From assembly GCA_964406055.1 (NCBI GenBank), contig CAYOQF010000011.1, forward strand, positions 7,416-71,415: a stretch of 64,000 nt of DNA, read 5' to 3'. Below, one piece after another: positions 1 to 6,874 of this stretch. Both the position numbers and the translations under genes were made by a program. Source of the DNA: an uncultured Syntrophorhabdaceae bacterium (GTDB lineage: Bacteria; Desulfobacterota; Syntrophorhabdia; Syntrophorhabdales; Syntrophorhabdaceae). The notes under the pieces are model-generated. The model saw only the letters and a program-made list of their open reading frames with translations, did no database searches and had not been told where the DNA came from. Positions within the stretch are counted from its first letter, which is position 1. Every line of letters starts with the position of its first letter.

Positions 1-291
1 GTTGTGCGACGGCTCAAGCGGCTTGCCGTGGAACACCGGGTGATCGTCTTCCTTGTGGCGCACACTATGAAGACCCGCTTTGATGAGGAACCGGACCTCG
101 GGAGTATACGGGATTCATCATTCGTTGAACAGGAAGCCGACACCGTTCTTTACACCTTCCGATGGAAGGAAGACCCTTCCGTTACAGTTCTCAAGGTCGC
201 GAAGAATCGCAAATTTGGCCGCGTAGGGGCGAGAATTCCCCTTGTCATGGGGCCGAACGGCTACGTTGAAAAGGCGGTTCAGAATGACTGA
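1..291 (+). CDS. DnaB-like replicative helicase, C-terminal fragment (N-terminus lies left of the window)
   Basis: Frame is open to position 1. LGSIRDSSFVEQEADTVLYTFR resembles the DnaB C-terminal RecA-fold motif (..SGSIEQDAD..). Stop TGA 289-291 overlaps the next ATG (ATGA). Confidence 0.6.
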   Translation, partial: VVRRLKRLAVEHRVIVFLVAHTMKTRFDEEPDLGSIRDSSFVEQEADTVLYTFRWKEDPSVTVLKVAKNRKFGRVGARIPLVMGPNGYVEKAVQND

Positions 292-844
292 AACCGCATG
301 GCTCCATGACGAAGAAAGGGCCTTCTCTCGTAGTAGAACTGAGGCCCGCGCATGTATCCGTGACCATATCACCGAGACGGACGCCGCCTTCAAGGATGAC
401 TGCGAGATAAGGCGCCTTCAGGGGCAAATGGAGGAAGCCGTTCACCGGGGCCTTGTCCTTATCAATGCCTATGAGGACTATCAGCGACGGGACCGGGTGA
501 TAGAGCGACTCCTCACCGGAGAACACTTTCAGGCGACGGTGAAGGAGATTGCCAAGCTCCAGGTACGGCTTTACCATCTTCGACACCCTGAGAAGGCAAC
601 CAAAGGCAAGGAAAGGCTCACCCAGGAAGACATCGACAGGGCAAGGGCTTTCCCCTTCGAGGAACTTCACGAGTTTAAGAGGGGCATGGCTCTTTGCCCC
701 TTTCATCCCGACAAAACCCCATCCTTGAGCCTGAAGAACAACCGGGCCTTCTGTTTCTCCTGTGGCCGGGGATGGGACACCATAGCCTTCCTGCAGGAGA
801 AGGAGGGGCTGACATTTCAGGAAGCCGTGAGACGGCTATCTTAA
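284..844 (+). CDS. CHC2 (primase-type) zinc-finger protein lacking a TOPRIM/catalytic domain
   Basis: CPFHPDKTPSLSLKNNRAFCFSCG = Cx2Hx15Cx2C near the C-terminus. ATG 284 is coupled to the upstream stop. The track start TTG 242 is less likely. Confidence 0.65.
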   Translation: MTETAWLHDEERAFSRSRTEARACIRDHITETDAAFKDDCEIRRLQGQMEEAVHRGLVLINAYEDYQRRDRVIERLLTGEHFQATVKEIAKLQVRLYHLRHPEKATKGKERLTQEDIDRARAFPFEELHEFKRGMALCPFHPDKTPSLSLKNNRAFCFSCGRGWDTIAFLQEKEGLTFQEAVRRLS

Positions 845-859
845 GCAAAGGAGGAGTAT

Positions 860-1165
860 ATGACCAAATCCGCAACCCTTCTCAACATCCAGGTCCGCCA
901 CGAAGCAGCACCACTTGTCTGTCCTATTTGCGGGAGTTGCAGGAATGAGATAGCGGCGGTAAGGATCTTTCTACACGACGGGGATCACGGTGCCGCTGAA
1001 GAGGTCCGCTGGGTTCGGAACGGGAACTTACAGCACCTTCGGAACATGCTCCCGCCCTTCCCGGTAAGTGGCTTTGGGGTCCGCGCTGAATGTAGGTGCC
1101 TGGAAGGGCACTACTGGTACCAAGACACAACTGCGAGCGGTACCCGGGGAGTGGTGCCCACATGA
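860..1165 (+). CDS. small Cys-rich hypothetical protein (element-borne)
   Basis: GGAGG lies 5 nt upstream of ATG 860. CPICGSC and ECRCLEGH Cys/His clusters are present. No family recognised. Confidence 0.45.
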   Translation: MTKSATLLNIQVRHEAAPLVCPICGSCRNEIAAVRIFLHDGDHGAAEEVRWVRNGNLQHLRNMLPPFPVSGFGVRAECRCLEGHYWYQDTTASGTRGVVPT

Positions 1166-1268
1166 TCTTTGACAACCTGGAGAAGGAAGAAACATCACCC
1201 GCGACACCGGCAGGAACCACAGTAGGCAGCGCTGAACGCCAAGCAGAAGGCCTCGGAGGCCAAACAGC

Positions 1269-1298
1269 TTGACACGACTCCCTGCCCCCATCTATAAT
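1269..1298 (+). promoter_or_regulatory. consensus sigma70-type promoter for the integrase gene
   Basis: TTGACA 1269-1274, 18-nt spacer, TATAAT 1293-1298. ATG 1314 lies 15 nt downstream. The track start TTG 1269 is the -35 box. Confidence 0.6.
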
Positions 1299-1313
1299 CC
1301 CCTCGGGTTCGAC

Positions 1314-2495
1314 ATGAGGGGAATATATCCAAAGGGGACTTGCCCGAAGTGCCGAAAGGCCTTCAAGTTCAACGCCTCGAAGCTCGTCTTTCATTGTCCG
1401 AAGCACCTCATCGAGGCAAAACGGTTCATCATCTCTATCAACTTCAACGGCGAACGAATCCGCCGGGCTACTACCCTGGATGGGGCCACCTTGGAGACCT
1501 TCGCCCAGGCCCACGCCCTTCTTAAGCAAGCCGAGGGGGAGATCGAGGCCAGAAGATTTGACCCGGAAAGGTGGAAGGCGAAGAGGAAGATTGATTATCG
1601 GTTCAGTGCTCTGGTCTGGAAGTGGTACGAGGAGAAAGAGCGGCTCATGGACCAGGGCAAGAGAGCGCCCGGGTATGTACCCAAGCTCAAAACCTACATC
1701 GCCTATTACGTAGACTTTTACGGCGACAAAGACGTGCGGGAGATCTTCAACTGCAAGGATTTCGTAAACAGCCTCCCTTCCCGGCTCTCCCCCAAGTATC
1801 AGAAGAACATCACCGATGGCCTGAAGGGGTTCTTCAAGTGGCTTCACGAGGACCGCTATATCTCCGAGTTACCTCGGTTCCCCGCATTCGACATACCCGA
1901 GCACGAACCCGTGACCATCTCCCGGGAGACCCAGCAGGGTATACTTGAGTGCGTCCCAGACGAACACAAACCCCTCTTTACCTGGCTCTTCTACCAGGGG
2001 TGTCGGCCGGGAGAGGCAAGGGCCTTAAAATGGGACTGCATTGTCGGCGACGTGGTGGTATACCGGAGAACCTTCAGCGCCGATACCTTGGTGGAGCACA
2101 CCAAGACCAAGAACATCCGCCACAACCTAATTTTCCCGGAGACCCTCGCGGTGCTCCCTAAAAGAGGGTTACCCCACACCTTTGTCTTTACCCATGGGAA
2201 AGCCGTGAGACGCCACTACAGCGAGGCCTACGTTTCCCGCATATTTCGTAAAGCCCTGACTGCCTTCAATGAGAAACACGGAACAGACTTGCGCGTTGAA
2301 CTGTACGAGGCAACCAAGCACTCCTTCGGTACGCAGATGGTCAACGAGGCAGAAGTACCCCTCGACATGCTTCAGGACTGGTTTGGCCACACAAAGCCGG
2401 ACATGACGAAGAAGTATGCAAAGCTGAAGGTGGTAGACGCCTTCAGGAAGTTGCAGAACGTCCTTCCCCTCCAGAAAAAAGCAGCCCAAGAATAA
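1314..2495 (+). CDS. int: tyrosine recombinase / phage-type integrase with N-terminal zinc ribbon
   Basis: RPGEARAL, HSFGTQM, WFGHT and KKYAKL fit the R..H-x-x-R..Y catalytic pattern. N-terminal CPKC..CPKH is present. The gene faces the 3' end of a tRNA gene. Confidence 0.85.
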   Translation: MRGIYPKGTCPKCRKAFKFNASKLVFHCPKHLIEAKRFIISINFNGERIRRATTLDGATLETFAQAHALLKQAEGEIEARRFDPERWKAKRKIDYRFSALVWKWYEEKERLMDQGKRAPGYVPKLKTYIAYYVDFYGDKDVREIFNCKDFVNSLPSRLSPKYQKNITDGLKGFFKWLHEDRYISELPRFPAFDIPEHEPVTISRETQQGILECVPDEHKPLFTWLFYQGCRPGEARALKWDCIVGDVVVYRRTFSADTLVEHTKTKNIRHNLIFPETLAVLPKRGLPHTFVFTHGKAVRRHYSEAYVSRIFRKALTAFNEKHGTDLRVELYEATKHSFGTQMVNEAEVPLDMLQDWFGHTKPDMTKKYAKLKVVDAFRKLQNVLPLQKKAAQE

Positions 2496-2516
2496 TCCGG
2501 CAGAGACGCACTAATC

Positions 2517-2559
2517 TGTCACCCCAACAGGCCAGTTGGTGACACTTTGGTGACACTTT
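2517..2559. repeat. GGTGACA motif array (one inverted copy plus a tandem 11-bp repeat), candidate arm-type recombinase/Xis sites
   Basis: TGTCACC at 2517-2523. GGTGACACTTT at 2538-2548 and again at 2549-2559. The array lies between the integrase stop and the tRNA 3' end. Confidence 0.5.
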
Positions 2560-2609
2560 TTTGGCCTTTTTGCCACCATTAAGTATTTGATATTATTGAC
2601 TATAGAGAA

Positions 2610-2697
2610 CGGAGAGGGTGGGATTCGAACCCACGGTCCCGTTACCGGGACAGCCGATTTCGAGTCGGCCCCGTTATGACCGCTTCGGTACCTCTCC
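2610..2697 (-). tRNA. tRNA-Ser (anticodon CGA), long variable arm, CCA not encoded
   Basis: The reverse complement folds by hand. Acceptor is GGAGAGG/CCTCTCC. Anticodon stem is GCCGA/TCGGC with loop CTCGAAA. Variable arm is GTCCCG-GTAA-CGGGAC. T arm is GTGGG-TTCGAAT-CCCAC. Discriminator is G. Confidence 0.9.
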
Positions 2698-3136
2698 GCA
2701 ATTTGAAAAACCTCTGAAGGAGCGCCTCCGACTCCCGGGCGAGCACCCCGCCTTCCACCTCCACCTTGTGGTTGAGAGGCAGGGCGTTCACATCCAGAAC
2801 CGAGCCGAAGGCCCCGCGCCGCGCATCAAAGCAGCCGAAGACCACCTTCGCGATGCGGGCCTCCACGATGGCGCCCGCACACATGGGACAGGGCTCCTTG
2901 GTGACAAACAGGGTGCACCCGTTGAGGCGGTAGTTGCCCGCCACCCGGGATGCCTGCTCGATGGCCAGGATCTCCGCGTGGGCCGTGGCCGTGTTCCGGC
3001 GGATCGTCAGGTTGTGGGTCCTCGCCAGCACCCTGCCCTCCGGTGAAAGGATCACGGCGCCGACCGGCACCTCCTCCTCCCCGAAGGCGATCTCCGCCTC
3101 CTTCAGGGCCATGAGCATGGCGTGTTCCGTAACCAT
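2642..3136 (-). CDS. tadA: tRNA-specific adenosine deaminase TadA (last ~18 codons overlap the tRNA-Ser gene)
   Basis: HAEILAIEQA and PCPMCAGAI deaminase zinc motifs are present. The usual family end ..LLQRFFKLRR coincides with the tRNA 5' end. The frame continues to TAA at 2644-2642. Confidence 0.85.
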   Translation of the reverse strand: MVTEHAMLMALKEAEIAFGEEEVPVGAVILSPEGRVLARTHNLTIRRNTATAHAEILAIEQASRVAGNYRLNGCTLFVTKEPCPMCAGAIVEARIAKVVFGCFDARRGAFGSVLDVNALPLNHKVEVEGGVLARESEALLQRFFKLRRGTEAVITGPTRNRLSR

Positions 3137-3142
3137 GGCACA

Positions 3143-3171
3143 AGTATACCTGCCCCCACCCGCAAAATCAA
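3143..3171 (-). promoter_or_regulatory. promoter of tadA (leaderless arrangement)
   Basis: On the minus strand: TTGATT (3171-3166), 17 nt, TATACT (3148-3143), then 6 nt to ATG 3136. Confidence 0.5.
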
Positions 3172-3175
3172 CCGC

Positions 3176-3769
3176 TCACGAACTCCACCGCCCGGGAGCC
3201 ATGGCCGCGAAAAAGGGGTTCGAAGACCGTCCCACCGCCTCCCTCATGGCGAGGATGTAGGGTGGTCTCACCATCTCCTTCCACCGGGGGTAACCGCCGA
3301 ACCACAGGTATTCGAGGAGCCGCTCGAAGCCGGGCCGGCTGAAACGGTAGGGCCCCACGGCGATGGTCAGACCGGCGCCGTCGATGACGACGGGAACCAT
3401 GCCCGGAGCGGCGTAACGCCCCACGATCCCCTCGATCAGGCCCCTCGTCCGGTACCCTTCGGGGTTCTGGCGGAACTTGTCCGGTTCGTGGGGAAAGGGA
3501 AAGTGGCCGTACACCTCGCCGATGAAGCCCCTGAGGTCCACACCCGCGATGGCGCCCATGAGGTTGCCGATTCCGTCCTCCCGGAGCACGTAGATCTCCC
3601 AGGCCGTTTCGATGTCCCCGATCAGGGGGCTTTCCGCGAGGCGGGACACGTGGCCCGCCATATCCTCGGCGAAGAGAAAATGATCGTTCAGCAACACCAT
3701 GTCCGTCTCGATGTTGAAGAACCCGAAGGGGATGTCGCCGTGGCTTGTGGAATTGAAGAGAAGTGGCAT
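3176..3769 (-). CDS. hypothetical protein, 198 aa (family not recognised)
   Basis: Start taken at ATG 3769 (MPLLFNSTSHGDIPFGFFNIETDM..). The upstream part of the 311-aa track ORF is antisense to the larE-like gene. Composition looks like a normal globular protein. Confidence 0.55.
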   Translation of the reverse strand: MPLLFNSTSHGDIPFGFFNIETDMVLLNDHFLFAEDMAGHVSRLAESPLIGDIETAWEIYVLREDGIGNLMGAIAGVDLRGFIGEVYGHFPFPHEPDKFRQNPEGYRTRGLIEGIVGRYAAPGMVPVVIDGAGLTIAVGPYRFSRPGFERLLEYLWFGGYPRWKEMVRPPYILAMREAVGRSSNPFFAAMAPGRWSS

Positions 3770-3798
3770 GGGCTTCCCTGACCGGTGGTCGCGCACTG

Positions 3799-3827
3799 AA
3801 TATACCAGAGAAGGGCCGGGAAGTAAA
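3799..3827 (-). promoter_or_regulatory. candidate promoter for the 198-aa gene
   Basis: On the minus strand: TTTACT, 17 nt, TGG-TATATT (extended -10). About 28-nt leader with AGGGAAG. Confidence 0.35.
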
Positions 3828-3836
3828 CGGCCTGCG

Positions 3837-3866
3837 TTGCGCGGCTGCCGGACCCTCTGGTATAGT
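3837..3866 (+). promoter_or_regulatory. candidate promoter for the larE-like gene (leaderless arrangement)
   Basis: TTGCGC 3837-3842, 18 nt, TGG-TATAGT 3861-3866, then 6 nt to ATG 3873. Confidence 0.45.
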
Positions 3867-3872
3867 GTGCTC

Positions 3873-4685
3873 ATGGAGACGGAAGACAAACTCCACCTTC
3901 TCAGGCAGAGGCTTGGCGGGCTGGGCCGGGTCCTCGTGGCCTTCTCCGGCGGGGTGGACAGCACCTTTCTCCTGCAATGCGCCGTGGACGCCCTGGGGGC
4001 CCGAAACGTCGTCGCCTTCATCGCCCGATCGCCCGCCTTCCCGGAACAGGAGACCGAGGGTGCCGTTGCCGCCGCTTCCGCCCTGGGCGTCACCTGCCGG
4101 GTCACGGACATCGATCACCTGGGGAACCGCGGGTTCGTCGAGAACACGAGGGAGCGGTGCTACCACTGCAAGAGAGACCTCCTCGACCGGGCATGGAAGG
4201 CGGCGCGACAGGAAGGCATCGGGGCGGTCCTGGAGGGATCGAACGTGGACGACCTCGGGGACTTCAGGCCGGGGAGAAGGGCGTGCCTGGAGAAGGGTGT
4301 CATGAGTCCCCTCCTTGACGCCGGGTTCACCAAGGAGGAGGTGAGGCGCCTGTCCAGGTCTCTCGGCCTCGCCACCGCCGACAAGCCCTCGTCCGCCTGC
4401 CTCGCCTCCAGGGTCCCCTACGGGACGGTCATCACCCGGGATATCCTCGCCCGCATCGAGAGGGCGGAGGATTTCCTGAGGGCGTTCGCCCTCGGACAGG
4501 CCCGGGTGCGGTACCACGGGGACATCGGCCGCATCGAGGTGCCCGCCGGGGCCTTTGAGACGGTGATCCGCCGAAGGCGGGAGATCGCGGCCGGTCTCAA
4601 AAAGCTTGGATTTGTCTACGTCACGCTGGATCTGGAAGGCTACCGGACGGGGAGTATGAACGAGCAGCCGGGGGAAGGGGACTGA
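3873..4685 (+). CDS. PP-loop ATP pyrophosphatase, LarE-type sulfur transferase family
   Basis: SGGVDS PP-loop, CYHC (CxxC) and ACLASR cysteine are present. Start at ATG 3873 (METEDKLHLL..). Confidence 0.75.
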   Translation: METEDKLHLLRQRLGGLGRVLVAFSGGVDSTFLLQCAVDALGARNVVAFIARSPAFPEQETEGAVAAASALGVTCRVTDIDHLGNRGFVENTRERCYHCKRDLLDRAWKAARQEGIGAVLEGSNVDDLGDFRPGRRACLEKGVMSPLLDAGFTKEEVRRLSRSLGLATADKPSSACLASRVPYGTVITRDILARIERAEDFLRAFALGQARVRYHGDIGRIEVPAGAFETVIRRRREIAAGLKKLGFVYVTLDLEGYRTGSMNEQPGEGD

Positions 4686-5235
4686 CACCCTCCAGCCTCA
4701 AGAGATCGGCCTTCGAGATCCCTTCCAGGGAAAAGCCGCCTAACGAACCATCCGCCTTGATCACCCTGTGACAGGGGATGATGAGGGGGATGGGGTTTCT
4801 TTTCAGGGCCTGACCCACGGCCCTCGGCGCCTGAGGCGCGCCGACCTTCCGGGCGATCCACCGGTAGCTTCGCATATCGCCGTAAGGTATCTTCATCGTT
4901 TCCCGCAGCACCCTCTGGGTGAAGTCAGCGAGGTCGGACAGGTCCACCTCAACGGAGAAGCTCACCTTCTGTCCCCTCAGATACCGGTCGAGCTCGGTCC
5001 GTACCCTCTTGAAGGGCGTCGATGTATTGACTGCCGAGGGAAGCTCCCGGCGCACCTCTTTTACAAGCTCAAGGGGGTTCCGCCTGGATATGGAGAGACG
5101 GGTGAGGGCCTCGCCCCGGGCAACGAGAAGGATGTTGCCGAGGGATGATTCGTAGACGGCGAAGGACAGGTCTTCCGATTTGACATTCCGCAAGGTGGCC
5201 CCTACAATACAGATACCACGAAGGAGGCCGTCCAT
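4621..5235 (-). CDS. ogt: methylated-DNA--protein-cysteine methyltransferase (Ogt/MGMT)
   Basis: IPCHRVI active site and an upstream helix-turn-helix region are present. The start is ambiguous (ATG 5235, 5283 or 5322); 5235 was chosen to minimise overlap with the divergent gene. The 3' end overlaps the larE-like gene convergently by 65 nt. Confidence 0.75.
   Translation of the reverse strand: MDGLLRGICIVGATLRNVKSEDLSFAVYESSLGNILLVARGEALTRLSISRRNPLELVKEVRRELPSAVNTSTPFKRVRTELDRYLRGQKVSFSVEVDLSDLADFTQRVLRETMKIPYGDMRSYRWIARKVGAPQAPRAVGQALKRNPIPLIIPCHRVIKADGSLGGFSLEGISKADLLRLEGVSPLPPAARSYSPSGSLPDPA
5180..5208 (+). promoter_or_regulatory. consensus promoter for the MBL-fold gene
   Basis: TTGACA 5180-5185, 17 nt, TACAAT 5203-5208, followed by a leader with AGGAGG 5222-5227. 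Confidence 0.55.
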
Positions 5236-5998
5236 GAAAGGCTTTATCAAGTTCCTGGGTACAGGGGGGGCGCGGTTTGTCATCTCCTCCCAGTTGCGTG
5301 CCACAGGAGGGCTCTGGCTCAACTACGGAGCGACCAATCTCTACATCGATCCGGGACCCGGGGCGCTGGTGCGGATCCGCAACTCCCGGGGCCATCTCGA
5401 CCCGGCCAATCTGGATGGCATCATCCTCACCCACAAACACCTGGATCACGCCAACGATGTGAATGCCCTCATCGAGGCCATGACGGAAGGGGGCTTCAAG
5501 AAGAGGGGGGTGCTCTACTGCCCTGCCGACGCCCTGAACGAGGACCCCGTGGTCTTCAAGTATGTGCGGGGTTACCCGGCATCCGTGGAAACGGTCGCGG
5601 CAGGCAGCTCCTTTACCCTGAAGGACGTGACCTTCACCTTTCCCGTCCGCCACATCCATCCCGTGGAAACCTACGGCGTCATCTTCCACCTGAACAAGAC
5701 GGTGGCCCTCATCACGGACACCAGGTTTTTTGAGGCCCTCCCTTCCCACTACCGGGCCGACATGGTGATCGTCAATGTCCTCCGCAGCAAGCCGATCGAG
5801 GAACGGCACGTGATCGACCACCTTTCCATCCACGACGTGGCCCGGATTGTGAAGGAGATACGACCGGAGGTGGCGGTCATGACCCACTTCGGCATGAACA
5901 TCATACGGGAGAAACCCCATCTCATCGCCCGGAAACTCACCAGGGAGACGGGGGTAAAGGTCCTTGCGGCACGGGACGGGATGGTGCTGCCCCTTTAA
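5234..5998 (+). CDS. MBL-fold metallo-hydrolase
   Basis: THKHLDHAND (HxHxDH) motif. AGGAGG lies 6 nt upstream of ATG 5234. Confidence 0.8.
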   Translation: MKGFIKFLGTGGARFVISSQLRATGGLWLNYGATNLYIDPGPGALVRIRNSRGHLDPANLDGIILTHKHLDHANDVNALIEAMTEGGFKKRGVLYCPADALNEDPVVFKYVRGYPASVETVAAGSSFTLKDVTFTFPVRHIHPVETYGVIFHLNKTVALITDTRFFEALPSHYRADMVIVNVLRSKPIEERHVIDHLSIHDVARIVKEIRPEVAVMTHFGMNIIREKPHLIARKLTRETGVKVLAARDGMVLPL

Positions 5999-6873
5999 GG
6001 TTCGGCAGGGGGAAACAGGATGCGGAAGGTGGTTCCCTCACTCACCCTGCTCGTTACACTGATACGGCCGCCGTTGGCCTCAACGAGACGTTTGGAGAGG
6101 GAGAGACCGATGCCGGTCCCCTCGCCTTTCTTCTTGGTGGTAAAAAAGGGGTCGAAGATCCGCTGCCGGTCTTCCTCCGGGATACCCACGCCCCGGTCCG
6201 AGACCTCGATGAACACAGAGTCTTCCTCGCGACCCGTGCGGACGGTGACAGGTCCTCCCTCCGGCATGGCCTGGGCGGCATTCATGATGATATTCACCAG
6301 GGCCTGCTGGATGTGGATCTTTTCCACCCTCACCTGCGGAAGACCCGGGGTTTTTTCCACCGACAGGAGGACCCTCCTGAACCGGGTGAGATGGTGCTCC
6401 ATGAAGAGGACCGTATCCTCCACGATCTCATTCATGTCCACCAGCTCTCTGACCGGCTCGCTCATCCTCGAAAAATCAAGGAGTTTGGCCAGTACGGTGG
6501 CCAGCCTTTCGGCCTCCTTTTCAATGAACCGCGCGTAATGTGCGGTGCTTTCGGGCTTGCTGGACGTCCCTATGCGCCTTGCGAAACCCTGGATGGAAAT
6601 GAGGGGGTTCTTGATCTCGTGGGCGATGGAAGAGGCAAGCTCACCGAGATCGGCAAGCCTGTTCGCCCGGATCAGTCGCTCCTGAAAGACTTCTATCTTT
6701 TCCTGCCTCCTTTTCAGCTCCGCCAGCTTCTCTTTCAGTGCCCCGTACACCTCGTCCAATTCCTTTACGTTCGCCTCGAGGAGGCGGTTTCTCGCCTCAG
6801 AGACGCTCTTCGCCTCCTCCAGTTCGATCTCCAGCTCCTTGATCTTCTTCAGCAGCGATTCTCTCTCGTCCAT
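5995..6873 (-). CDS. histidine kinase with only a coiled-coil N-terminus (no TM or sensor domain)
   Basis: H-box SSIAHEIKNPL, N-box NIIMNAAQAM, G-boxes DRGVGI and GTGIGLS. The first ~75 aa are heptad-like and charged. Confidence 0.85.
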   Translation of the reverse strand: MDERESLLKKIKELEIELEEAKSVSEARNRLLEANVKELDEVYGALKEKLAELKRRQEKIEVFQERLIRANRLADLGELASSIAHEIKNPLISIQGFARRIGTSSKPESTAHYARFIEKEAERLATVLAKLLDFSRMSEPVRELVDMNEIVEDTVLFMEHHLTRFRRVLLSVEKTPGLPQVRVEKIHIQQALVNIIMNAAQAMPEGGPVTVRTGREEDSVFIEVSDRGVGIPEEDRQRIFDPFFTTKKKGEGTGIGLSLSKRLVEANGGRISVTSRVSEGTTFRILFPPAEP

Positions 6874-6874
6874 A

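Larger units (their letters stand above)
1..2630. mobile_element. integrase-proximal end of an integrative element inserted at tRNA-Ser (left boundary outside window)
   Basis: Helicase/primase-ZBD/integrase module abuts the 3' end of tRNA-Ser. A repeat array lies next to the junction. The exact att core was not determined. Confidence 0.55.

Noticed and set aside
1269-1313. TTG start codons given by the ORF track at 1269, 5180 and 8273
   Set aside because: Each TTG is the first half of a TTGACA -35 hexamer with a matching -10 at 16-18 nt. Downstream starts (1314, 5234, 8309) were adopted instead.
3168-4688. 506-aa minus-strand ORF across the larE-like region
   Set aside because: Arg/Pro/Gly-rich composition typical of an antisense frame in GC-rich DNA. 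It fully overlaps two motif-supported genes.
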